From IMG/VR virus record IMGVR_UViG_3300006735_000001, positions 32,001-96,000 of that record: a DNA stretch of 64,000 nt; one strand, given 5' to 3'. Numbering within the stretch: the first letter of the stretch is position 1; the number at the start of each line of letters is the position of its first letter. Shown in pieces: positions 1 to 8,908 of this stretch. Below the pieces are notes generated by a model that was not told the DNA's origin, did not search any database, and saw only the letters and a list, made by a program, of their open reading frames with translations. Source of the DNA: a virus. The translations under genes and the position numbers were made by a program.

Positions 1-2
1 CT

Positions 3-209
3 GAATATCGTGGAGCACATGATGCTATGATACACGGTCTTGCTAGAACATCAGTTGAAGAATTTATTCCTGATATTGAACATGTTTGTCCTAATTGCTA
101 TGGTAAAAATAAATTACATAGTATGATTAGGAGTGAAACAGAAGCTGAATGTTTAGACTGCGGTCAAGAATTTATAATTATAGAAAAAAATACACTTAGA
201 TTTAAATAA
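3..209 (+). CDS. Zn-ribbon protein, probably 5'-truncated by the window edge
   Basis: CPNC...CLDC pairs; the frame is open upstream of the ATG at 27 to the window start. Confidence 0.6.
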   Translation, partial: EYRGAHDAMIHGLARTSVEEFIPDIEHVCPNCYGKNKLHSMIRSETEAECLDCGQEFIIIEKNTLRFK

Positions 210-349
210 TGACAATAAAAGAAATGAGAAATCAAATGATAGGTGTTGCACTTAAAAGATCTAAAACTAAATTAGAAGCTGCAGAACTATTAGGAATAAC
301 AGAAAAAACATTATATAACTATTTAAAAGAAATAAAAAATGGGAAGTAA
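209..349 (+). CDS. 46-aa Fis-type helix-turn-helix protein (not in ORF track)
   Basis: Manual translation MTIKEMRNQMIGVALKRSKTKLEAAELLGITEKTLYNYLKEIKNGK; AAxLLGIxxxTLY pattern; TAATG coupling to the upstream gene. Confidence 0.7.
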   Translation: MTIKEMRNQMIGVALKRSKTKLEAAELLGITEKTLYNYLKEIKNGK

Positions 350-602
350 AAAAAACGTAGTACCAATGAGTGTATTTGGTCATAAGATAGAAGTAGAATA
401 TTACTATTATCCTGGAGAAGATGAAGTACATACAGAACCTAATGGAGATCCAGGAACTCCTGGTTCACCTCCATCAGCAGAGATTTGGAGAATGTGGTGT
501 GAATTAGAAAATGATGAAGGTAGCACCAGTATAGTAGATATTTCAGATTTTGGATATCGTGATATGATAGCTGAAGAAATAATAGAAAAGTTCCATGATT
601 AA
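339..602 (+). CDS. hypothetical acidic protein
   Basis: 87-aa ORF overlapping both neighbours in the operon. Confidence 0.7.
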   Translation: MGSKKNVVPMSVFGHKIEVEYYYYPGEDEVHTEPNGDPGTPGSPPSAEIWRMWCELENDEGSTSIVDISDFGYRDMIAEEIIEKFHD

Positions 603-780
603 TAGTGGTATAGAATGGGCATGGATGGATGACAATTCTTCTGACACAAAGGTAATAAATGGAAAAACATATAAATTAATAAATAAAGAATGGGTACGCC
701 AAAGACCTCATGGCATAGATGAGGTTGATCCACATGATCCAGATTATAGCTGGTTATGGGATGTAGATAGATCAAGATAA
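595..780 (+). CDS. hypothetical protein
   Basis: 61-aa Trp/Asp-rich ORF in a tightly packed operon. Confidence 0.6.
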   Translation: MINSGIEWAWMDDNSSDTKVINGKTYKLINKEWVRQRPHGIDEVDPHDPDYSWLWDVDRSR

Positions 781-781
781 T

Positions 782-952
782 ATGAAACACTGGTATAACG
801 AAGGTAAAGAGTATTTAAGAAAAAAAGAAAACAAACATCCTTACTATGATAGTGATAGGAAAAAACATACTGAAGAATTTTCTTTAAGGGTAACTGCATT
901 TTGTATTGTTGGTATGATAATAATATTAATTTTAGCAAAAATATTTCAATAA
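782..952 (+). CDS. 56-aa membrane protein (not in ORF track)
   Basis: MKHWYNEGKEYLRKKENKHPYYDSDRKKHTEEFSLRVTAFCIVGMIIILILAKIFQ; C-terminal TM helix; fills the gap exactly. Confidence 0.6.
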   Translation: MKHWYNEGKEYLRKKENKHPYYDSDRKKHTEEFSLRVTAFCIVGMIIILILAKIFQ

Positions 953-956
953 TCAT

Positions 957-1340
957 ATGAGAAATCAATTATTTGTACAAGCAACAATCAAGGAAGGTAA
1001 ATTACACTTTCCTGTAAAAGCTTTTGAGACTAAGTATAACAAGTTTATTTCTGAGCAACCTGATGGTGCACGTATAGAATTATTTATAGGTGTGCAAGAT
1101 GGTAAGGGTAGTAACCCACAATTGGCAAGAGTTCATGCTATGATAAGAGAGATAGCTAATGAAGTAGGTCACACCTTTGAAGAGATGAAGTTACAAGTTA
1201 AGCGTAAAGCTGGCCTATGTTTTAATAAGAACGGGGTAGAATTCTGTAAGTCTTTTGGTAAGTGTGATAAAGAAGAATTAAACCTGGCTATTCAAGCTTG
1301 TCTTGAGATAGGAGACTTTAGTGGAATGCAATTAAGATAA
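957..1340 (+). CDS. NinB/YbcN-like recombination protein
   Basis: SxxQLARVHAMIREIA...G.T.EEMK...KS...CDKEEL pattern resembles the NinB family. Confidence 0.5.
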   Translation: MRNQLFVQATIKEGKLHFPVKAFETKYNKFISEQPDGARIELFIGVQDGKGSNPQLARVHAMIREIANEVGHTFEEMKLQVKRKAGLCFNKNGVEFCKSFGKCDKEELNLAIQACLEIGDFSGMQLR

Positions 1341-1784
1341 TTACTTAACAATTTTTAGTTTAGAACTCATCTCTTTTAATTTTTCAGTAACATCATTACC
1401 TTCAAAAGCTTCTTTAGCAAGCTGCTGGAACTCTGCTTTTGTTGTGGATGTTTCAGTTTGAATTTCTAAACCTTGCTCTTTTGCTTTAAATTTTAAGTAT
1501 TGTAATAAAGAATATAATGTATAAAGTTGAGACTCCCATTTATCTAATTCAGGTAAAGATTGTAGTTCTTCATCAGTTACACCTTCTTTATTTGCAGTTT
1601 TAACAATAGTATCAAATTTTTTGAATACTTCACCTATTGTTTCTACTTTATCTTCTGCCATTATTTTTTCACTAATAATAGTTTGTAGACCAGGAATATA
1701 TAATGATGATAATGTTATACCAGTTATTTCTTTTTTAAAGTCATAAGTGGTATATGTTTGCATTCTTTCTTTTTGATCAGCCAT
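1341..1784 (-). CDS. hypothetical helical protein, lone minus-strand gene in the early module
   Basis: 147-aa ORF with normal composition and its own upstream promoter-like motif. Confidence 0.75.
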   Translation of the reverse strand: MADQKERMQTYTTYDFKKEITGITLSSLYIPGLQTIISEKIMAEDKVETIGEVFKKFDTIVKTANKEGVTDEELQSLPELDKWESQLYTLYSLLQYLKFKAKEQGLEIQTETSTTKAEFQQLAKEAFEGNDVTEKLKEMSSKLKIVK

Positions 1785-1801
1785 AGTATTTAATTTAAAA
1801 G

Positions 1802-1814
1802 GTAAATATAATAA
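1802..1814 (-). promoter_or_regulatory. Bacteroidota-type -7 promoter element (TTATTATATTTAC)
   Basis: Identical 13-mer at 17300-17312 (+); matches TAnnTTT(G/A). Confidence 0.5.
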
Positions 1815-1820
1815 TAAATT

Positions 1821-2504
1821 ATGAATAATATAGATATAAATATAGTAAAATTAAGGGAAACTTTAAATGATAAACTGGTTGATTCTGGTTGGGAGCCTTT
1901 ATTGTCTCCATATGTAAATGGTTTAAACTTTGATTATGTAGTAAATGAATTAGTAAAGCAAGTAGCAGAAGGCAGAAGGTTTACACCTAAGTTTAAGAAT
2001 ATTTTTAATGCATTCTATGAATGTCCACGTGAAGATTTAAAAGTAGTTATAGTAGGTCAAGATCCATATCCACAGTTAGGAGTTGCTGATGGTATAGCAT
2101 TTAGTTGTAGTATTAAAGGTAAAGCAGAAAAATCCCTGCAGTATATAAATAAATCATTAGGTACAAATCACACAGATTTAAGATGTTGGTCTAATCAAGG
2201 TGTATTACTTATTAATACTGCATTGACTGTTGAAGTAAATAAGATTGGTTCTCACTATCATTTGTGGAAATCCTTTATAGAATATTTCTTTGAGGGTTTA
2301 AACCGGTGTTGTCCAGATACAATATTTATTATGATGGGTAAGAAAGCTGAAGAATGGCAAACTCTTATACCTAATTGTACAATTCTTAAATGTCCTCACC
2401 CAGCATCAGCTGCATATAGAGGTGGAGAATGGGACTCTAAAGATGTATTCAATAAAGCTAATTTAATTCTTGAAAAGCTAGGAAAAGATAGTATAACTTG
2501 GTAA
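1821..2504 (+). CDS. ung: uracil-DNA glycosylase, family 1
   Basis: VVIVGQDPY, ADGIAFS, QGVLLIN and HPAS motifs. Confidence 0.95.
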   Translation: MNNIDINIVKLRETLNDKLVDSGWEPLLSPYVNGLNFDYVVNELVKQVAEGRRFTPKFKNIFNAFYECPREDLKVVIVGQDPYPQLGVADGIAFSCSIKGKAEKSLQYINKSLGTNHTDLRCWSNQGVLLINTALTVEVNKIGSHYHLWKSFIEYFFEGLNRCCPDTIFIMMGKKAEEWQTLIPNCTILKCPHPASAAYRGGEWDSKDVFNKANLILEKLGKDSITW

Positions 2505-2541
2505 CATTTTGTATCTTTATAAACTTTAAAACCAATAAGAT

Positions 2542-3132
2542 ATGTGGGAACTATTTCAAAAAATGTTGAAGAATAACCTTACACCCAATCAGGTAATAAC
2601 TTTGTTTGGGATGAGAGAGGGAGTATCTTTACCTATTACAACAGATGATGATAAAAAAGCATTAGTTGATAATAATTATATAGAACATACTGATGGTGTA
2701 TACAAGTTAACAAGACATGGTAAGCTTATCATTATAAATCTAGATAACTATTTTATAAAAGCTAAGAAGAAAACAGATATCCAGCTTATGGGTAAGAACT
2801 TTTTAGATAAGATTAATCAGTATAGAGAGATCTTTCCTGCTAAAAAATTACCAAGCGGTAAACTTGCTAGAAATAATGTAAAAGCTCTAGCAGACGCTTT
2901 TAGATGGTTTTTTGAGACTTATGACCATAAGTGGGAAGATGTAGTCAAAGCTACTAAAATGTACGTAAATGAGTACAGGAACTCTGATTATATGTATATG
3001 CAGACTAGTCAATACTTTATTTGCAAACAAGATAAACATAGAGTTAAACACTCTACACTAGCGGATTATTGTGATATGATACTAGAAGGTATTAATACAG
3101 AAGATGAACACTTTAAAGAAAACGTTGTATGA
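2542..3132 (+). CDS. putative replication protein (wHTH-like N-terminus; initiator or helicase-loader candidate)
   Basis: ATGA-coupled to the helicase; LVDNNYIE...YKLTRHG resembles a winged helix. Confidence 0.45.
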   Translation: MWELFQKMLKNNLTPNQVITLFGMREGVSLPITTDDDKKALVDNNYIEHTDGVYKLTRHGKLIIINLDNYFIKAKKKTDIQLMGKNFLDKINQYREIFPAKKLPSGKLARNNVKALADAFRWFFETYDHKWEDVVKATKMYVNEYRNSDYMYMQTSQYFICKQDKHRVKHSTLADYCDMILEGINTEDEHFKENVV

Positions 3133-4085
3133 GTAAAACCAAAGATGCATGGCTTGGCCAGTACACAGCTTTTAATGAAGCACTTAAATACATGTACAAA
3201 AGATCTACCGGTGAGGAAAAATCTATATATACACCTTGGCCAAAGTTTAATGATGCAACTACAGATGGTTTAGAATGGAATACACTGACTGTAATTGGTG
3301 GTAGACCTGGCTCAGGTAAAACACTAATTAAAGACCAAATAATTAGAGAATCATTTACATTAAATCCTAATGATAAGTTTAGAGTATTAGAATTTCAGTT
3401 TGAGATGGTTGGTAGAACATCAGCTATTAGAGAATTTAGTTCTATTACAGGTAAAACTTATAAGGAATTGTGTAGTGCTGGTAGTGTATTGACCAAAGAC
3501 ACATTAAATACTTGTCATCAGTACGCTAAGGAAAGAGTAAAATACCCTGTTGATATTATCAGCACACCTATGACTGTCAATCAAATGCGTGAACAAATTG
3601 ATAGGTATATGAATCATCATAAGGGTACAAATACTATAGTAACATTAGATCATAGTATGTTAGTGAAGAGAGCACCATATCAAAATAGTACATTAGATAT
3701 GTTATTTGAGTTAGGTGAGTTCTTTACACAATGCAAACGAGATTATCCTTGTTTGTTTATTTGTTTATCACAACTTAACCGTAATATAGATAACCCAGAG
3801 CGGGCTATAGATGGTAAGTATGGTAATTATATTCTTGAGTCAGATATATTTGGATCAGATGCTATGTTACAGCATGCAGATACTTTAATAGGTATCAATA
3901 GGCCAGCTAAACAAAAGATTAGATTCTATGGGCCTGATAGATATATTATAGAAAATGATAGAACTTTAGTATTACATTTTCTAAAAGCTAGAAATGGTGA
4001 TGCACGCATGAGTTTCTTTAAAGCTAAGTTTGAACAAATGCAAATAGAAGAAATGGCAACACCAGGACAACAAGAACGTAGATGA
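3129..4085 (+). CDS. dnaB: DnaB-like replicative helicase (C-terminal ATPase domain only)
   Basis: Walker A GGRPGSGKT, FEM, LSQLNR, SD...GSD..LQHAD and KARNG motifs. Confidence 0.92.
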   Translation: MSKTKDAWLGQYTAFNEALKYMYKRSTGEEKSIYTPWPKFNDATTDGLEWNTLTVIGGRPGSGKTLIKDQIIRESFTLNPNDKFRVLEFQFEMVGRTSAIREFSSITGKTYKELCSAGSVLTKDTLNTCHQYAKERVKYPVDIISTPMTVNQMREQIDRYMNHHKGTNTIVTLDHSMLVKRAPYQNSTLDMLFELGEFFTQCKRDYPCLFICLSQLNRNIDNPERAIDGKYGNYILESDIFGSDAMLQHADTLIGINRPAKQKIRFYGPDRYIIENDRTLVLHFLKARNGDARMSFFKAKFEQMQIEEMATPGQQERR

Positions 4086-4627
4086 TAAGTACAAAAAATA
4101 TAAATAATGAAAATATGGGTATAACACCTGCAGAAAGAAAAATCAAAGTAAATAAATTAAAAGAAGAGCATGAAGATTATTTCCAAACTATTGGTAATAT
4201 AAATGCACTATATATTCCTAAGATGGCTTACAGGCCAGCTGGTAAGGATGAATTATATATTAGCTTTTTTCCAAGTGAGTTAGAGAAAGAACAAGATATA
4301 TTTACAGAATTTGTATCTATAGAATATGATTCAGAAGATCCCAAAAGAACATTATATCTTTTAAGACACAATCCACATTGGAAAGATGAATATGAATTGA
4401 TAACTAGCAGTTCTGGTTTTCAAAGACATATGATTCCTGTAAGTGAATTAAAAGTAATTAATGATGTTACAAATAGAACTGGGAAAAAAGTTATAGATAA
4501 AAGTTTAGAATTTTTTAATATTGCTGACCCAGAAGCTACACCATCTTCAGAGTTAGTTAATAAACTAGAAGATATTAATCAAACACTAATAACATTAACT
4601 AAAGTAATCAATAAATTAATTAAATAA
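4082..4627 (+). CDS. hypothetical protein with C-terminal coiled coil
   Basis: 181-aa ORF, ATGA overlap with dnaB. Confidence 0.75.
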   Translation: MISTKNINNENMGITPAERKIKVNKLKEEHEDYFQTIGNINALYIPKMAYRPAGKDELYISFFPSELEKEQDIFTEFVSIEYDSEDPKRTLYLLRHNPHWKDEYELITSSSGFQRHMIPVSELKVINDVTNRTGKKVIDKSLEFFNIADPEATPSSELVNKLEDINQTLITLTKVINKLIK

Positions 4628-4629
4628 AC

Positions 4630-5313
4630 ATGGCACAAAGCGTATTAGTAATTGCTGATTCAGGTACAGGAAAGTCAACCTCAATCAGAACATTAAATCC
4701 TAAAGAGACTTTTATTATAAATATTGCAAATAAACCATTACCTTTCAAAGGGTATAAAAAGGATTATATACAAATAAGTAAAGAAAATCCTAATGGTAAT
4801 ATCACATCTGCATCTACAGCTGTAGGAATTATAAAAGCTATGAAGCATGTGAATGATAAGATGCCAAAAATCAAAACACTTGTTGTAGATGATTGGCAAT
4901 ATATGAGTTCTTTTGAATACTTTGATAGAGCTAATGAAAAAGGCTATGATAAGTTTACTCAGATTGCAGCTAACTTAGCTATGGTAGCTAAAATGCCTAA
5001 AGATATGAGAGATGACCTTACTATAATATTTCTAACACATTCAGAAGATTCTACTGATATAAATGGAAATAGAAAAGTTAAAGCTAAAACAATTGGTAAA
5101 ATGATTGATAATGCTTTAACATTAGAGGGTCTATTCTCTATTGTTTTATTTGGTAAAGTAAATAAAAATGATGATGGTGAACTTGAATATGGTTTTGAAA
5201 CTCAAAACAATGGAGAGAACACATGTAAATCACCAATGGGTATGTTTGAAGATAATTTTATCTCCAATGACCTAGCGTATGTAAAAGAATGCATACAGAA
5301 ATATGAAGAATAA
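4630..5313 (+). CDS. Sak4-like/AAA_24 ATPase (single-strand annealing recombinase)
   Basis: Walker A ADSGTGKST, VVDD Walker B, CKSP.GMF; adjacent to the SSB candidate. Confidence 0.8.
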   Translation: MAQSVLVIADSGTGKSTSIRTLNPKETFIINIANKPLPFKGYKKDYIQISKENPNGNITSASTAVGIIKAMKHVNDKMPKIKTLVVDDWQYMSSFEYFDRANEKGYDKFTQIAANLAMVAKMPKDMRDDLTIIFLTHSEDSTDINGNRKVKAKTIGKMIDNALTLEGLFSIVLFGKVNKNDDGELEYGFETQNNGENTCKSPMGMFEDNFISNDLAYVKECIQKYEE

Positions 5314-5340
5314 TAATAAATTAATTAAAAAAAGAAAATT

Positions 5341-6015
5341 ATGTTAAGTACTAAAGACATGTCTGCAGGGTCAGGCAACATTAAACCAGTAGTAGGACCA
5401 GGCAACAATGTAATCAGAATTAATTCTGTATCATTTGATGTAACTCCGTATGATGCGGATGCATATAATATTGTATTGCATGTAGAAACGGAACCTGTTG
5501 CAGGAGAATTCAATGGCTTCCTAAAGGATATGAATAATCCTAATGGACCACGTTATGAAGGTCAGGTAGGTAGAGTTAGATTCTCACCATATCCATATAA
5601 AGATGCAACTTTACCAAGCGGGAGAGAGATAAGTAGAGATACTGAAGTTCTCAAGAGTATGGTATATCTTAGTGAAGTTTTAAATAAAAGAGCTGAGCTA
5701 GATAAGATAGAGGCCAATACTATTGAAGCATTTATGGTAGAGTGTAATAAACTATTTTCTAATAGCCCTTTCTTTAATGCATGTTTAGGTGCACGTGAAT
5801 GGGAAAATAAGGAAGGTTATATTAATAATGATTTATTCTTACCAAGAATGAGTAAAGATGGTATTCCATTAGAAGAATTAAATAAAGAAGGGTCAAGACT
5901 TCTAACATTTGATCCTAATAATAATCAACATCTTAGAAAAATAGAGAAGAAAGCAAGCGCTCAAGCAGCTAGCTTTGAACCTGCTAATGCTGCAGGAGAT
6001 GATTTTGATTTATAG
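5341..6015 (+). CDS. putative single-stranded DNA-binding protein
   Basis: Follows the Sak4-like gene; acidic-aromatic C-terminal tail AAGDDFDL. Confidence 0.6.
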   Translation: MLSTKDMSAGSGNIKPVVGPGNNVIRINSVSFDVTPYDADAYNIVLHVETEPVAGEFNGFLKDMNNPNGPRYEGQVGRVRFSPYPYKDATLPSGREISRDTEVLKSMVYLSEVLNKRAELDKIEANTIEAFMVECNKLFSNSPFFNACLGAREWENKEGYINNDLFLPRMSKDGIPLEELNKEGSRLLTFDPNNNQHLRKIEKKASAQAASFEPANAAGDDFDL

Positions 6016-6018
6016 TTG

Positions 6019-6069
6019 AATCAAGTAATGATAGGGGTAGACGTTGTGGTTGACTACTACCCCTTGATT
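6019..6069 (+). terminator. bulged stem-loop between SSB and primase (terminator or processing site)
   Basis: AATCAAG/CTTGATT outer stem and GGGTAG/CTACCC inner stem. Confidence 0.5.
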
Positions 6070-6089
6070 TATATTAATAATGGAATAAG

Positions 6090-7067
6090 ATGTTTAACAC
6101 AAAGAATTATGTATTAGAAGGTTCAGATGTTCCAAGCACATGGGTATTTCAATATTATTTAAACTTACCAGAAAGCCTAACAGGTCAAGATGTAAAGATT
6201 AAGTCTATATTTAATCCTACAGAAAAAACTCCTAGCTTTTGTATATATGTAGATAAGAACATTATGCAATATAAGTTTAAGGATTTTTCAACTGGTAAAA
6301 GTGGTAATAAAGTTGACTTAGTTAAATCTCTATTTAATATAGAGTTTAGTGATGCTATGAGTAAAATAGTATCAGACTATAATAATTATGTGAAGTCACC
6401 TGAATATAAAAACACAGAAATAAAACCTCAAGCAAAATGGAAAATAGATTATATAAAGAATAGAGGCTGGACTGTTGAAGATAAAGATTATTGGTTATCC
6501 TTTAGAATTGGTAAAACAATGCTAGATTTCTATAATGTAAAACCTATAGAATACTATAACTTAATAAAAGAAGAAGATACTGAGATAGAAAAATTAAAAA
6601 TTTCTAGTAAACATATGTATGGATACTTTGATAAAGATGGTAACGTATACAAGATCTATCAACCTCATAGTAAAAGACATAAGTTTCATAAAGTTAAACC
6701 TTATTTACAAGGCTTTGACCAGTTAAGGTTTGATCAACCATATTTAGTTATCTGTTCATCTCTTAAAGATGCAATGTGCCTAAAAGGTATGGGATATAAT
6801 TTAGAAGTACTAGCACCAGATAGTGAGAATACTATGATTAAACCCCATATAATTGAGCATCTTAAAAAGAAATATAAAAAGATAATAACTCTTTTTGATA
6901 ATGATGATGCAGGTAAAGCAGCTATTAATAAGTATAGTGAACTTTATAAATTAGATGGTATGGTTTGTCCATCAGCTAAAGATATATCTGATGCTATGAA
7001 AAATTCTGGTTTTAAAACAGTACACTTGATGATTCAACCAATATTAAAAAATATTTTAAATAAATAA
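6090..7067 (+). CDS. dnaG: DNA primase (Toprim), crAss-like type
   Basis: Degenerate CHC2-like N-terminus (EKTPSF..Y...FKDFSTG); Toprim LFDNDDAG and AKDISD. Confidence 0.85.
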   Translation: MFNTKNYVLEGSDVPSTWVFQYYLNLPESLTGQDVKIKSIFNPTEKTPSFCIYVDKNIMQYKFKDFSTGKSGNKVDLVKSLFNIEFSDAMSKIVSDYNNYVKSPEYKNTEIKPQAKWKIDYIKNRGWTVEDKDYWLSFRIGKTMLDFYNVKPIEYYNLIKEEDTEIEKLKISSKHMYGYFDKDGNVYKIYQPHSKRHKFHKVKPYLQGFDQLRFDQPYLVICSSLKDAMCLKGMGYNLEVLAPDSENTMIKPHIIEHLKKKYKKIITLFDNDDAGKAAINKYSELYKLDGMVCPSAKDISDAMKNSGFKTVHLMIQPILKNILNK

Positions 7068-7068
7068 T

Positions 7069-7461
7069 ATGAGAACAATTAGATGGTGGATACCAGGTAA
7101 TGTTCCTTCCAGTAAAAATGGTAGGCGCTGGACTGGTAAATATTTTATAGCTAGCAAGGCTGTAATGAACTATAGAAAAGCTACTAAACATATTTATCTT
7201 AAGTATACTGATGATTTTAAGAAAGAACTAGCAAAGCAAGAGCTTCCTGTTAAGATCAGATTTGAATTTATTAGAGGTAGCCGTCATAAGTTTGACTATA
7301 TAAATCCTGCACAAACAGTACAAGATGATATGGTTAAGTATGGATGGATTGAAGATGATAATGCAGAGTTTATAATTCCTGCATTTACTAAATACTCTTA
7401 TGATAAGAGAAATCCTGGTGTATGGATAGAGTTAATATTAGAAAATGAAGAAGAAATCTAA
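7069..7461 (+). CDS. RusA-like Holliday junction resolvase
   Basis: IPG.VPSSKN, FDYIN...VQD.M...G.IEDDN acidic motifs, NPGV.I. Confidence 0.75.
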   Translation: MRTIRWWIPGNVPSSKNGRRWTGKYFIASKAVMNYRKATKHIYLKYTDDFKKELAKQELPVKIRFEFIRGSRHKFDYINPAQTVQDDMVKYGWIEDDNAEFIIPAFTKYSYDKRNPGVWIELILENEEEI

Positions 7462-7738
7462 GATAATATCAGCAGAAGAATTTTTCAGATTAAGAGAAAT
7501 GTTCATGGGCTTAGATGAAGATGCTGCAATTGCTGCAGAAATATATAAAAATAGTGATATTCATCAAAAAGAAATAATTGATATTTTGATGGCTAAAGCA
7601 TTGGTGTTTGAACCAAGAAAAAAGTTTTGTGATGCAATTAAGTTTTCAATTAATTTACCAACTCATAGAAAGATTTATGCTTTTATGAAAGAGTCACAAG
7701 CAGAGGAAATTTATTTTAATATTTTAAAGGACATATGA
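7445..7738 (+). CDS. hypothetical protein
   Basis: 97-aa ORF overlapping both neighbours. Confidence 0.7.
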   Translation: MKKKSKIISAEEFFRLREMFMGLDEDAAIAAEIYKNSDIHQKEIIDILMAKALVFEPRKKFCDAIKFSINLPTHRKIYAFMKESQAEEIYFNILKDI

Positions 7739-8901
7739 TAAGTACAGTACAAGAGAATGTCTCTAGAGTTTCTAAGACATTAATATTTACAGAGCCCTTT
7801 TATGGGCTCTTTTTGATTGGTTTAAATAAAAAATATATAACAACTATACCTACAGCAGGTGTTAGTAAACAAGGTATAGGTATTCAATTATCTATTAATC
7901 CAGAATTCTATATGAATTTAACTGAGGATCATAGATATGGTTTAATTAAACATGAGCTATTGCATATTGCATTTGGCCATTTATTATTAAGAGATCTATA
8001 TTCTGATCACAAGTTATTTAATATAGCAGCTGACTTAGAAATCAATCAGTATATAGATTCACATAGACTTCCTGAAGGAGGATTATTATTATCTAGCTTT
8101 CCTGAACTAAAGTTGCCTACTAAGGCAGGCACTAAGGTATACTATGATTTATTACAAGAAGCAAAAGATGAAGGAACATGCCCTTCTTTAGATAGTCTTA
8201 TGAATACTATGGATGGTAATTCACCATATTGTCACGGAACATGGGATGAGTTTGATGAGTTATCTTCTGCAGATAAAAAGCTAGTTCAAAAACAAGTAGA
8301 GCATCAACTAAAAGAAGTTGCACAAGCTACAGAAAAGAGAGCTGGTAGTGTTCCTGGAGAATTACAAGATCTGATAGATAGGCTAACTCACATTGAGCCT
8401 CCTAAGTTTGATTGGAAAGGTTATCTAAAAAGGTTTGTAGGTAATTCTAGTATAGTATATACAAAAAAGCTGAGACGTAAGTATAATAAACGTTATGCAG
8501 CAAATCCAGGACTTAAGATTAAATTTAAGAATCATATTCTTGTTGGTGTTGACACAAGTGGATCTGTAAATAATGATGAGCTAAAAGAATTTTTTAGTGA
8601 GCTTACTCATATGCATAAAACGGGTCACAAGATTACAGTAGCACAATGTGATACTAAAATAAATAGTATAAAAGAATTCAATCCTAAAAAGGATTGGGAA
8701 ATACATGGTCGTGGTGGAACTAGTTTTCAACCAGTTATTGATCACTTTAATGAAAAGAAAGGGCAATACACCGCTCTAATATATTTAACAGATGGTGAGG
8801 CTTATGCTCCAGATAACTGTCCCAAGAACACACTTTGGGTTCACAGCAGTAACTGTAGTATAAATGAAGACTTACCAGGTAAATTAATCCAATTAAATTA
8901 A
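7735..8901 (+). CDS. metallopeptidase-vWA fusion (DUF2201-like)
   Basis: HELLH zinc motif, NIAADLEIN, MIDAS DTSGS, GRGGT and LTDG. Confidence 0.9.
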   Translation: MISTVQENVSRVSKTLIFTEPFYGLFLIGLNKKYITTIPTAGVSKQGIGIQLSINPEFYMNLTEDHRYGLIKHELLHIAFGHLLLRDLYSDHKLFNIAADLEINQYIDSHRLPEGGLLLSSFPELKLPTKAGTKVYYDLLQEAKDEGTCPSLDSLMNTMDGNSPYCHGTWDEFDELSSADKKLVQKQVEHQLKEVAQATEKRAGSVPGELQDLIDRLTHIEPPKFDWKGYLKRFVGNSSIVYTKKLRRKYNKRYAANPGLKIKFKNHILVGVDTSGSVNNDELKEFFSELTHMHKTGHKITVAQCDTKINSIKEFNPKKDWEIHGRGGTSFQPVIDHFNEKKGQYTALIYLTDGEAYAPDNCPKNTLWVHSSNCSINEDLPGKLIQLN

Positions 8902-8908
8902 TAGAAAG

